Position numbers and translations under genes: made by a program. Below are positions 43,290-56,163 of a stretch of 64,000 nt of DNA, in pieces. Source of the stretch: Adineta vaga (lineage: Eukaryota; Animalia; Rotifera); contig CP075493.1 of assembly GCA_021613535.1 (NCBI GenBank), positions 7,440,001 to 7,504,000 on the forward strand. The letters run 5' to 3'. Every line of letters starts with the position of its first letter. The stretch's first letter is position 1. The notes under the pieces were generated by a model. That model worked only from the letters and a program-made list of their open reading frames with translations. It did not search any database and was not told the origin of the DNA.

Positions 43290-45908
43290 TCAAGGACGAG
43301 ATGCACTACGTGTACTGCATGTTCGCAAATGTATGGTATTATCCGTACAATAACAAGCGAATGAGGGTTGACCAGATGGATTAGCAAAACAATAACCTGG
43401 TGAACAATTCAATTCACAAACAGCTAGAAAGAATAAAAGAAAAAGAATAAAAAATAAATATAAATTCATAGAAAGATAGACCTGGTCGAATATTTAATTC
43501 ACATGTATTTCCCGTATAACCAGGTGGGCAGGCACATGTATAACTATTTCCAACTGCATTACATGTACCACCATTGTTACATGGATTACTATCACATGGC
43601 GCTAGAAATTCAAGTTTTATTTTTATTTTACGACTTGATTTCATTGCGAACTTACACGAAACAGTTGCAATAGTTTCACATTGTTTTCCTCGATATGGAC
43701 TACGACATTTACAATCATATGTAAATGGACCTTGAACACACGTACCAGCATTGCCACAGGGTTGAGAAACACATTGATCTATGAAATCAATAAATTTTTA
43801 GATAATCATTTGAGTGATCGAAAAAAGAAACATACTCAATATTGAATTTTGACATAGATCACCTGTATATCCGGCTGGACAAGCACATTTATAACTTGCT
43901 CCATTTGACAAAGAAACACATGTGCCACCATTGCTGCATAAATGTGAACCACATGAAGCTATCAGTGAAAAACAATCATAAGAAAATCTAGTCATATAAA
44001 ATGGTTTCCAAAACAAAAGATGAATTCTACCTAGAACTGTTTGACATTGTCTACCAGTATATTGAGGAGGACAAACACATGCATAATCAGTATTACCGAC
44101 AAGATAACATGCTGCACCATTTTTACAAGGTGTTGGTTTACAAACTAAAAGGTTTCGGATAGGAATTTGATGAATTATTTTCTATTAAAATAATCCTACG
44201 ATTTGATGATACAACTACTGTCTCACAATATTGACCAGTAAAACCATTCTGACAGACACATATATATGTATTGCCAACTAGAACACAACTATTAAAGACA
44301 AATAAAGGAAAATTTTTCTTTTCATCAATCAACTTACTTTCCACCATTTGAACAAGACGTACTACTTCCTTGTAAACATGTATTAACTATCAATATAGAG
44401 TATAGTTTAGAGAATATACATCAAGATGAACTACAGAATTTTTCACCTGTTGAAGATGTTTCACAAGTTGCTCCCGTAAATCCAGCGGGACATTGACAAG
44501 TCCATGAATCTACACCTACTGGTGAACATCTAAAACAAATCATTATTACTACCGACAATTACTTTATTGTTTCTACGTACGTTCCACCATTTCTGCAAAT
44601 ATTCGGATTAGTGATACAGATATTATTGGCTATAATGATAAATTTTATTAGTATACGTTTTTTCAAAACAAATTGTTTCGTTTTTTACCGATTATTTGTT
44701 CACAATTGGCACCAGTGTATGGTGCTGAACATATACAGAATGCTGCATTGTTAAGATTCGTGCAACTTAATATATAAATTAACAAGAAATGTAATATCTA
44801 TTGCAAAAGAAAAGTATATCTTACATGCCACCATTTCGGCATGGTGATGATGAACATGGATTCACTATTCCAATGGAGAAATAGAAATATAAAAATCAAA
44901 AGAAAACTTCTTATAAAACTTACCGGCATTCGAATATTGACATTGAGATCCATAGAATGAATTAGAACACGCACAACTATACGAACTACCAACATTCGTA
45001 CAAACACCATTATTTAAACATGGAGTACTTGCACAAGCATTGCGAACCGCTAGAATGAAATTCATTTGATAAACGATCTTTAACCAACAATCATTGTTTT
45101 TTTCATACCACAAGTTGAACCTGTATATCCTACTGGACATTCACAATGAAGAATAGTATTTGATGACAATGCGAAACAGGTGCCACCATTTTGACATGGT
45201 CTTGATGCACAAAGTGCTGAAAATGAACTTTATCAGTAATAACTAGTCAACAATAGAAAAATACTTACATATTTGTTGAACTAATGTTTCACAATGGACT
45301 CCGGTATGTTGAGAGTCACATGTACATGAATAAAGTCCATTAACACGAGGAGTGCAGACGCCGTTATTTCGACAAACTGGTGGCTGATTAAAGCATGGAT
45401 TTAAATCTGAAAAACTTACGTAGATGTTCAGAACAAATTCAAATAGTATTTTATTTCTCTCATACTTTCACATCGCGTTCCATATGTGTATTGATTACAC
45501 GTACAAGTATAAGTACTATATATTGAAACACTACATATACCACCATTTTGACATGGACTTGGTGCACATGGTGATGGAAGTGGTGTAGCTATTTAGATAA
45601 ACACAAAAAAAAGTATGTTTGTTATTCAAAACAGTCGAATATGAAAACGTTTTGAACTAACTTGTTGTAATAAGTGTATCACAATTTTTTCCTGTTAATC
45701 GAGGATCTGAACAAGAGCAAACATAATCATTCATGGCAAGACCTATGACTGAGCACACGCCATTGTTCGCACATGGATTGGGCGTACAAGCTGTAATGAA
45801 AATTAGTTGATTATTTTCATTTAAAATTTCAAATTCACTACCTTGTCCATTGACGATTGTAATCGTCGAAAGAATCGTTAGAACAACAGTATACAATACG
45901 CAATGCAT
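43290..45908 (-). CDS. Secreted protein of about 12 tandem EGF-like repeats plus a terminal Cys-rich module
   Basis: Signal peptide [21 protein letters not shown]; mostly one EGF per exon (e.g. [34 protein letters not shown]); last exon [12 protein letters not shown]...RSASRP*, TGA at 43292-43290; no TM helix. Confidence 0.85.
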
Positions 45909-46526
45909 TTGAGAAATCGAATCAAATTGTGTTTTTCAAATGAATACTTATATTTAAGATATTATAGAAAAATAAGCTTAGACTGATATAGAAAAAAAAA
46001 GAATATCAATTTTTTTCTTGAATCATTCTACAAATTATTGTATTTCAATCAATTATAGCCCACTCATTGTTGTTTTTATTTCTGAGATTAAGAAAACTAA
46101 TTTTCTGTTTCTTTTTTTTTAAATCAAACTTTCACAAGTTAGTTTCATATTTCATTCATACTTTTCTTTCTAATCCTTTCGATATTCATATATTAATTAA
46201 AAATATTTGTAGAATAATTGATCAATGTCACAGATGCTCCGTATACTTGTGCGATTCTATGCTAGAAACGACTTACAGGAACATAAAGTCAAATAAAAGT
46301 ACATGACATATTTCCACTTTCTTCTTTCTTATTATTGAATGCGTGAGATATTCAATCTACCAATCCAATTCATCAAAATGTTTTCTCTCATCAGAATAGA
46401 ATTTATTAACCAACAGAATAGTCGGAATAAAAGAAGAAAAAAAAAGAAGAAGAATTTCATTGACTTAAACAACGACGAAAATAGAAATTAGAAAAAAGAA
46501 AAAGATTTAACAACAATTCTAGCATT

Positions 46527-47245
46527 ATGATAAATGAATATCAATATTCTCAATCCTATCCAATTTTTTCATCACATCATCAATTACATCCAAATGACAA
46601 TCCAACAAATTATTATTCTCAAGATTATATATCAACATCACAATCATCATTCTATGATTCGAATCAATGCTATTATCGTCATCATTCGTATCCTACAGAT
46701 GATCCACATGCAATTGAATCATTTTATGAAAAACCTGTTGTTAATGAAACAAAATATAAATGGATGGAAATTAAACGAACACCCGCTAAAACATCAAGTA
46801 TGAAAATGAATGAGTAGAATATTTTATCACGAGAGATGATTGATGTAATGCGATATGAATAGGATCCTTTGAGAAATAGTCGTTGTTAAACAGAATATAT
46901 TTGTTATTTGTAGATTCAATGATGGATGATATGTTTGGTACAATGAACAATATAGGTCGAACGAGTTATTCCAATAAACAATTAACAGTATGAAATAGAG
47001 ATTGAGGGTGTGAAAATGTTTTTTTTCTTCTTCTTCTGTCGTTCTAACCTAGGAATTGGAAAAAGAATTTCATTTCAGTCGATATTTAACACGTGCAAGA
47101 CGAATTGAAATAGCTGCTGCATTACATTTGAATGAAAATCAAGTAAAGGTAAATTTTTGTAAGAAAATTGAATGAAAAACTTATAGGAAATATTTAGATT
47201 TGGTTTCAAAATCGTCGTATGAAAGATAAGAAACGAAAATTGTGA
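46527..47245 (+). CDS. lab: Hox paralogy group 1 (labial) homeodomain protein; introns 46798-46913, 46988-47052, 47149-47197
   Basis: Labial-type hexapeptide YKWMEIKR; spliced homeodomain [14 protein letters not shown]|[32 protein letters not shown]|[13 protein letters not shown]. Confidence 0.92.
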
Positions 47246-48871
47246 AATATTTAATTTTATTCTATTGATATTGTGTTGTTATGCTTCTATTGTAAAAAAA
47301 AAGAACACATCATCTATCTTCAAGTGCAATGTTTTCTTTTGTAATTATTAAAGCGATGCTTTTTATGATGAAGCCGGAAGTTTCTTGTTTTCTCTTTGTA
47401 AAGTATGGCATTTTAATGATGATTCAAGCGAATATTCTCATGCATCGATCAAACGACAAGTAGAGATTTAATTTGATTAGATTCTTTTCTATGTGTCGGG
47501 TGCTTTATCGTTGTCACGAGAGGGAAAGATCGATTAAATTGATTGTTGTTTTATATGTAAATTTTGAGAAAGAATCTGTTAAGAAAATATAGATAGACAA
47601 GCAACAATGTGTGAAATTGTATGACAGATAGATCAAACAAGTGAGCGTGGCATAGCTTTGATTCTATGTTAACAAATATCATTCCATTTTGCATTTATTC
47701 GTCTCGAGTGAACTGAAGTTCAGAGATATTGTTTTAAAGAATTTATGATTTTCGTTTAATTTTTGTCTTTCAATGAATATTTGTAGAAGCACAATGATGA
47801 TAATCATCTTCTTTTTTTTCGTAGAAATACGAAATACGAAACTGGAAATTTCTGTGAGAAGAACCATATTCTAAGTCTAAGTGATTAGTAGAAAGAGTAT
47901 TGATGTCTAAATATTGTTACTAGCAATTTCTAATAAGATTCGATACGTATTTTCCCTGTAATGATCTAAATGATGATGAACTTGTAAGATGAAAATACAT
48001 TCAAGTATTTCAATCATCTTTAACTACTTAGCTGTTTCAAAAACATCGATGAAAGAATTGTAATGCACAATTAACTATTATGTATATTTATTCAAGATAC
48101 ACATTACCAATACTAAATTCATTCAAAAATGTTCAATTTCACATGAATCTGAGAATTCAATATATACGTGCATCATCTTTCTCGCGAATGATTATAGGAT
48201 TTGTTACCAATCGTATTCTATTTGATTTTAATTCTAATCAATACAAACTAGGTATTCTTTCTTTCTTTCTTTGTTGAAGATACAGATCTATCAGAAAAAC
48301 TAAAAAATTTCTCATTAGAAAGAAAATACTTATGAATTAATAATTAAATGAAATGAAATTGACCTCTATTCGCGGTATTCATTGTTTTTTTTCATTGGTC
48401 CAATTCAGCCATAAATATCTTTCCAATCCTCATTATAGATGATATTTATTCAATTTAGATGTCAGCACATAACAATAATCTTCATATGATTTTGACAGAT
48501 CGTTACATAGTGCATTGTTATGTTAAAAGAATCGACCATTGATAAACGATCGAACGCAAAAAGATATAAAAGAAAAAACGAGCCCTATTCATTGCCTTCT
48601 TTTGTTTCTCGTTTACATGTTTTTTTATTGATTATTTGTAAGATGATGATCACTGAATGATTTTTATTCTTAAAACTCGCGTTAATCAGAAATAATCTTT
48701 TATTTGTAGATCCATACCGTTCATCTTTGTCTCTCGTTTGTAACCTATAACGAATAATAACAAATAACTTTTGTGTTTTATTTTATCAATAGATTCAATG
48801 TAAACAATAACTAAAAAAGAAAAGTTTTTTTTTTCATCACTTCCTCAGTTTCATAACTCTTTCAATCATCC

Positions 48872-50407
48872 ATGTCTCATGTAAGTTATAAATCAGGAGA
48901 TATCTACAAAAAACTTATGCGAATCTATTGTGTAGCTCGAAGGTTCAGAATGTATCGAAGCCCTTATTCCATTTGTCAAAGCGTTTTCATTTACATGGTT
49001 CAATTTACAAGCAGCCAAACGTCGTTATCAAAAACAACACGAAACTCCCATGCCTATCGAGATGGAACGCGTGATGAAGGAAGATTTTATGGTTTGTAAA
49101 ACGAAATATCAACATTATGCGTGATAGTTATTTATGCATTTAGAATCAACGTTATGCGGATAAGATCAAATGGACTGTTCGAATATTAGCAAAATTACGA
49201 AAAGATATTAAACGTGAATGTCGTAGTGATCTAGTGAAAACAATTACCGAAGGAAATATTCAAAGTCCATGTATTATCTCCAATGCAGATACGAAAAATA
49301 AAATGCGCCGTATTGATTGTTTAAGACAAGCTGATAAAGTTTGGCGTTTAGATGTTGTTATGGTGGTCTTGTTTCGGGGTAAGGCGCAAGATGTTCATGC
49401 GTTTGTATTATTTTATCTTTCTTTTTATCAATCAAGGAATTCCACTGGAAAGTACAGATGGTGAACGATTAAGTAAATGTAAAGAATGTAAAAATCCGGG
49501 ATTATGTATTAATCCATATCATATTGTTATGCATGTCAAAGAACTTGAAGTTTATCTTGTGAATTTTATTAATAATGCACGTAAGTTGAAGAATGTCAAG
49601 TTGTGCCAATAATTAGTTTCTTTATTTTTTTAAATTATTGATAGAATCGTCACCGGCGAACATCATTCCAAGTGTTTTTTCTACCAGTGAATTACAACAT
49701 ATGGCAACGAGTATGTTTGAATAGAAAAAATGAACATAGTATTCATTGAATTTATCTCTAGGTTCAATTAGTGAAGGTGGTTCAACGAAAGAAGTCCTTG
49801 GCGCGGATTATCTAGGATCAATGTTAAAAATGGAAACAGATGATTATTCAGACACACCATCTATATCAACGGCTCAACAACCAGATTTATTGAAAATGTG
49901 TCGCAGCAGGTAGGAAATAATTATTTATCATTACAGATGTGAGATTTAATTGAATTTGTTCATTCTAGAAAACCAAGTTCATCAGGTAGTCCTCGTACAG
50001 CAAAAAGACGTCGTACATTGAATAATACTTGTTCGGCAGATGAAGGTGATGGTCATGATATTAGTGATGGGCCAGGTAAGATATATTTATACTTTATATA
50101 TTTACATTCTTATTCTCGCTTATCTATGTTAGCCTCAAGTTATGAGGTGTATGAACCAAAAGCTGCACCCGCAACTACCACTGAACATTCATCTTCACCA
50201 TCAACATGTCGCATATCATCTACCAATGAGACCAATACTTATTCAAGTTTTCCACAACAACAACAACAACAGGGTGAAATTAATAATACATCAAAACCAA
50301 TCACCGAACCAAGTAAAGTTGAACCCACGACACCACGACCACCGTTTTCTCAGATTGGTATTCACAATCATGTATCTCTTAACTTACATTTCACCAACCA
50401 ACAACAA

Positions 50408-50439
<32 letters not shown>

Positions 50440-53400
50440 ACCACAACAACTTATACCTAAAACATTACCTTTATCGTCATCAACGTCATCAGCATGCTCA
50501 TCTCAACAAACATCTGATTCAAAGATGATTTCCGAACGTTTTATCGAAACACTTGTTCAACGTTTTAATGATACACAACAACAACAACAGCGTACATCTT
50601 CTCATCCGCATACAATTGAATATTTTCATCAAGATTCACCGACAGAATCAACATCTATGAATCAGAAAATACCAAATAAACTTTTTTCTAAACCATTAAC
50701 TACTACAGCTATCAATATTTTATCGTCGCGTGAAAGACCTATATCAACAACAACGTCATCCGCTACAACAACTAACAATTACAATACATCTTTTATTCAA
50801 TCGCAAGCAGATGAAAAAACGAATTCAAATAATGCCATGCGTATAAGTTCAGCTGCTGATCGTGTTCTACCAGCATTTCATACATTTTCTGAATTAAAAA
50901 GTTATTTACAAACAATTGGTTTAGATGTTGAATTAGTACCAGCATCAAATGCAACAACGACAGACATACATCAACAATCCAGAAATATTGATCCTGTTCA
51001 ACAACGATTATCTGGTAATGAACAACAATATCACGTTCGTTCCAATACAATTAATATTACTCAAACACCACAACAACCACAAATTGTTATGCTAGCAAAT
51101 AATGATAACAATCGCAATTCATGTAATGATGATGGAAAATGTAGTCGATCGAGTAATTTTTCTTTTATAAAAAATAAATCAAATCTAATTATGACTTTCT
51201 CTCTCGTGTATTTAAGGTTCAATCAGTGTTCCACCAAATGTACTTACTGAGAAATTGCTCGAATATGCATCAAGTGCACCATCAATTCGTCATTCACATA
51301 ATTCTTCTCGTCCTTCATCTTTATCTTCTCAACAACAACAACAACAACAACAACAACGTCGTTCTCCCGCAAAACCACCTATTGTTACTAATATTGCAAA
51401 TCTTTTAGCTGTTTCAAATAATACAAATAAAGATCAACCTATTGTTCAACAAGTGACTCGTCAGACACTTCTTCCTCCCCCGCCACCTCCACCGCTACCA
51501 TCTTCATCAGGATCGACGACAACTGTTTATCATCATATCACATCAGCTGATAAAGTTTCAACAATGGTTAAACGTGATCTTATTCATGATGATGTTCATT
51601 TACATGATCGTGAAGTTGAAGAATATATGAATATGGCTTCATCAGGTCGTTCATCAAAGTCACGTAAAGCAACAACATCTCAAACAATCAATGATGCGAC
51701 AACAAAATCTATTGTTGTTCTCGAAAGTGGTTCAGCTAGTAATAGTAATGATAGTAATGTTTCTTCTTTATCATCGTCGTCATCAACATCAATGAATAAT
51801 TCAACTAATAACAATCATAGTATAAATAATAATAATAATAATAATAATGTTACATTAACAAATAGTATAAATAAAACGAAAAATAATTCAACAATAGCAA
51901 GTCAAGATTCACGAAATATTTGTGATCTTTTATTAATGTTATATGAACAAGAAAGAACACGAAGTACACAATTACAAAAACAAATTGAACAAGTTAGTCG
52001 ACAACAACGTTCAAGAAATTCAAGTGGACAATCTCATTCAAGTGAATCACAAACTGGTCTTGAAACACCGCAAGGACCAACAAGTGGAAATACAAATTCA
52101 ACACGTATGTTAAGTCCAGCAGCATGGATGTCAACAACAGGAAAAGATAAAACATCTGTTCATATACAACAAAGTCATCATCAAACACTGAAATTTGATT
52201 CATCAACATCGATTAATGGTTCACCTCCAGAATCGCAAGATGTATGTTAATTGATTTTTGTTAGTATTTCTATTGGAAAAACAAAATTTTTCTATATCTA
52301 GTGTTCACCACCTGATCCTACAAAAAGTGGTTTAAGTCCGACAAAAGTAGTTCAATTTTCTCAATCAATTGGTTCAGCACAAAATCTCATTCCACGACCT
52401 GTACCAATGTTAGCAACAAATGATGGTCTTGTACGTCATACATCATCATCATCATCACATACTGCGACACCAACAGGATCGACTAGTTCATCAAATAATG
52501 GTAAATTTTTGTTGAATTTTTTCAATTCTTAATTTTTTATGATCATTTCTAGGTGTCCTCTATACACCGGGCAATCGTATTTTTCAAAGTCCACTTGGAC
52601 AGGTACATATTCGATCAATTAAATATATTTTCGTTTATTCATATTCTTTATTTTTCTAGGCATTCGCAGCACTAAGTCCTGCTCTGAGTCCATTTTTATC
52701 ACCATCAACTAGTCGTGCTGGTACACCCAGTGAATTAATGATAATTCCTGCTGATTTACTCAATGTTCTCAATAGTCGTATATGGAGTGAAGATGAATTA
52801 TTACAAGCATTTGTTAATCACTTAGATTCTGGTGGTGTGTAAATGTTTTCTTCTGCACTTTGCTTTTATCTTCAACACATCATTGAGTATCGCTCATGTA
52901 CTGGCAAGAAAAACATTTTTCTAAATGTTTCATTGCGACATCAAGCTTTACTCATATTGTGTTTCATTTTTATGATTATAGGTTGTCAATTTTAATTTCA
53001 ACGTCTATAATATTGTTTTTCTTCTTTGTTTTCGATTTTCCAAACATATTTAACACACACGCACAAATGACTAACTAAATTTCCGGTGTATTATTAATCA
53101 TTACTCAGGAACCATCGATATGAGAAAGAATAGACATATAGAAATGTACAGATATGAATCGAAATCTTCTTTAAAATTGTATAAACAACATTTCAAAAAC
53201 AGTATTTGTGCATGTTTAAACACATTTTTATCCGTCTTCCAAAGAAAAAAAAATAAAATTTAAAAAAAAAAGAAAGAATATTTCAATTCTTTTATATCTA
53301 TACATATCAATGTATTCTTTTGTTTTATTTTAGCAAGGTATTCGAAATTCAAGCTTCATCAAAGCTGTTTTTTGATACCTACCATTCGGCAAAATTGATT

Positions 53401-53568
53401 TTCTTTGACATATTTTAATCTCTTATTTTTCTATTAGGAGTGGGTTCAGGTCGTCGTTCACGAGTAAACAATGAAGAACCCAAACAACAAGGTAAACCAA
53501 CAAGTGTATCTAATAATAATAATAATAATAATAATGGTAATGGCAAAGCCAGAAGTATTGAAAAATAA
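48872..53568 (+). CDS. NFI: Nuclear factor I (CTF/NFI) with a long Q/S/N-rich C-terminal region
   Basis: MSH|[31 protein letters not shown]...LAKLRKDI...[18 protein letters not shown]...[12 protein letters not shown]...LCINPYHI. The 3' end is either unspliced (TAA about 52840) or spliced to the exon 53438-53568. Confidence 0.93.
50398..50449 (+). repeat. CAA/CAG polyglutamine-coding repeat in NFI
   Basis: Encodes [17 protein letters not shown]. Confidence 0.85.
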
Positions 53569-54301
53569 GCAACGAGTGACGTTTGATGATTCGATTTTCC
53601 TTTCGTCTTTTTCTTTTCTTTTTTTTGTAATATTAGTCTATATCGTCTGTTTGCTGTGTAGTGCTTCTCGTTTCATCATCATCATCATCCTTGTTCTTTT
53701 TCTCTGTATATCGAGTAATTTTGTTCTTTTTTGTAGTTAGAAACAACATATAAGGGGCATTGATTTCTGTTCTTTTGTTTTTAATTTTATGGTTTGATCG
53801 GAAAAAGAGAGTTCATATAAGTCTCTCTTGTCAGATAAAGTGCAACATTATGCGTGAGAAAAAGACGGTCTTGTTCTGCTTTGGTTCTTCAGTTTTTTTT
53901 CTATATGTATGACTCATTTTTCATTCAATCTCACTAATGTAGTAGTACTGGTGGTTCTCTTTTCGATGTTGTTCGTTTCGAAGGAAGAGATTTATTAAAA
54001 TTAGATGATGTTTGATCGATTTTTTTTCTAAGGCTGTTGTCTGTCACGTCTTGTTTTTTCCTCTTCTTCTCTTTTTTGGCATAAACTATTTAATCGGTAT
54101 TAAATATTATTTTATTCAAAATAAAATTGAAGAAAGATTATCTATCCAAATTTATCTCTGACTCGTTTGAGTAATAGATGACGATTTGATATTTTGTACT
54201 CGATTACATTTCTATTGTTATTCATGCATGACTATTGTGGGGATATATATGTATATAGATAATGATTGACGAAATAATGTTTATTCAATAAGTTATTGAG
54301 G

Positions 54302-55024
54302 ATGTGTTGGAGTCTTGAAGTTTCATTGAAATTTGCTTTTGCACATTTCCTAGCAGCAGTTTATGTTGCATGGCATCGTCCACCTCATATGCGTTATTTT
54401 CTATCGTTTATTTCATTCTATTTGGCAATGGAATTATTACAAGCACTTGAATGGTTCACTGGAGTTGAATCACATTTAAATCAAACATGTACAAATACGA
54501 ATACATTTCTAACTATTATTGCGTATATCTTTATTTGGTTGCAACCAGTTCTATTTGCTTCATTTGCAACGAAACATGACAGTCGATTTGTATGGTATTA
54601 TTCTTTGTATACTCTTGTGGCAGCTTTATTTAATCTTATTCTTGGCTTTTGTCAAAAAGCTATAGGATTAGAATTAATGTCTCAAACTGAAAAAACAAAT
54701 TATGGTCAACATACATGTACGTATCGTGGTGAAGGTAATCATTTAGTATGGAAATTTTCAGTACCATCATTTAATTATCAACCGACACATTATGTTTATT
54801 TTTCAATTATTTTGTTAACTATCATTTTTCATTTTGATCGAATTCTTCAATTTACAATTGGAATAGGATGGTTAACAACATTTTTTCTAAGTCTATTCAT
54901 TATCGGCGGTGTCAATGCTGAATTAACTTCATACTGGTGTCTATTAAGTATATTTGCTGATATTCCAATTATTATTTATACAATGTTATATGCAAGAAAC
55001 AAAAGCAAACAAAAAATAAACTAA
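54302..55024 (+). CDS. Intronless multi-pass membrane protein, DUF5765-like (MCW...MELLQA...QP...WCLLS); candidate horizontally acquired gene
   Basis: 240-aa uninterrupted ORF with about 7 hydrophobic segments: MCWSLEVSL, FYLAMELLQA, CTNTNTFLTIIAYIFIWLQP, HLVWKF, ELTSYWCLLSI. Family assignment is from remembered motif pattern, not a search. Confidence 0.65.
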   Translation: MCWSLEVSLKFAFAHFLAAVYVAWHRPPHMRYFLSFISFYLAMELLQALEWFTGVESHLNQTCTNTNTFLTIIAYIFIWLQPVLFASFATKHDSRFVWYYSLYTLVAALFNLILGFCQKAIGLELMSQTEKTNYGQHTCTYRGEGNHLVWKFSVPSFNYQPTHYVYFSIILLTIIFHFDRILQFTIGIGWLTTFFLSLFIIGGVNAELTSYWCLLSIFADIPIIIYTMLYARNKSKQKIN

Positions 55025-55584
55025 TAAATTATATCTTTTTTTTTTTCTAATAAAATCTTCCATTCATTTTCATTCAATCAGCATGAAATTATGATTATCT
55101 TCATCTACGACTAATTGATGTCGGATTGTTGACAACTTGTCAGTTGATGAATACTAAGAGGTGTCAATTCTTATCTATACAAGAAAGCTGACTTTTGCTT
55201 CGCGTGTCCAGAATACATATGAGTTTGACCATCATTGTTCTTTCTTTCTTCTATATGTCAAAGTACAAGAGAAAGAAAAATATTCTTCATTCTTTTTGTA
55301 TTGAATGCTTTATACCGGAAAATAGTCTGTTAGGGCTCATCGGATGTCTATATTAATGTAAGACGGATCAGCATAATGAGTTTTCTTTTTTGTCACCGAG
55401 GCATTAGTTCAAATAGAAAAAATCGTGGAAAAATTCACGGCAATAGTTCGGCAAGTGATATTTTTTAATTTGATTTATAGATAAAACATAGTCTATTTAT
55501 ATATCCAGATGTTCTTTAAGTAGGATTTTATATATTGTTATAAAGCTCTAATAAAAGTATTGATTTCTAGTTCGAGAAAATCAT

Positions 55585-56163
55585 TTACACAGTCATACGT
55601 CGTATAAGATCATTGCTTAGAGCTTCGAGTTCCATTTGTCGTTTCACCCGTTTTGTTCTTAACATGCGACTAATGATAAACACTGTTAATAGGATACCAA
55701 TCATATTTATAATTAACTCCATAATGAAATCAGTTATTTCTTCATTCATTTGTTTTTCCTTCGTCATCGTTTTGTTTATTTGTGTTAGATTCATTCGTAA
55801 AAATTCAAATGATGAATCGAGTGAATTTTCAAAAGAACCAAGATGATAATAATAATATAAATCGAAAAGAAAACGAATGATAAATAGAATGAAGAGAAGA
55901 AGAAGAGAAATTGATAAAATTCCAACACGTTCAAACCATAATGAATAAATAATTAAGATTGAATAGATTGTTATACAGAAAGTACTGATAAGACTTCGAA
56001 TTGAAAGATAAATTTTCAGATGTATTGATGAAATCGAATTTGTCGATTGAAAAATCACATGTTTAGTATATTGAAATGTAGTTGATACAAGATAAGCATA
56101 GAAACAATTGAGTAGAACACGTAAATTATTGATTTCTATCGAAAAATAATTGTTTCTCGACAT
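55585..56163 (-). CDS. Uncharacterised small multi-pass membrane protein (192 aa, single ORF)
   Basis: 579-nt ORF with 3-4 hydrophobic segments and a basic/helical C-terminal tail; no family recognised. Confidence 0.55.
   Translation of the reverse strand: MSRNNYFSIEINNLRVLLNCFYAYLVSTTFQYTKHVIFQSTNSISSIHLKIYLSIRSLISTFCITIYSILIIYSLWFERVGILSISLLLLFILFIIRFLFDLYYYYHLGSFENSLDSSFEFLRMNLTQINKTMTKEKQMNEEITDFIMELIINMIGILLTVFIISRMLRTKRVKRQMELEALSNDLIRRMTV

Noticed and set aside
43290-45908. Notch, Delta or Crumbs call for the EGF gene
   Set aside because: No DSL, LNR, laminin-G, TM or ankyrin regions before the stop.
46836-46930. Pbx/Hox autoregulatory sites (TGATTGAT, TGATGGAT) in Hox1 and near Gbx (about 29730)
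   Set aside because: AT-rich 8-mers that are common in this genome; one lies in coding sequence.
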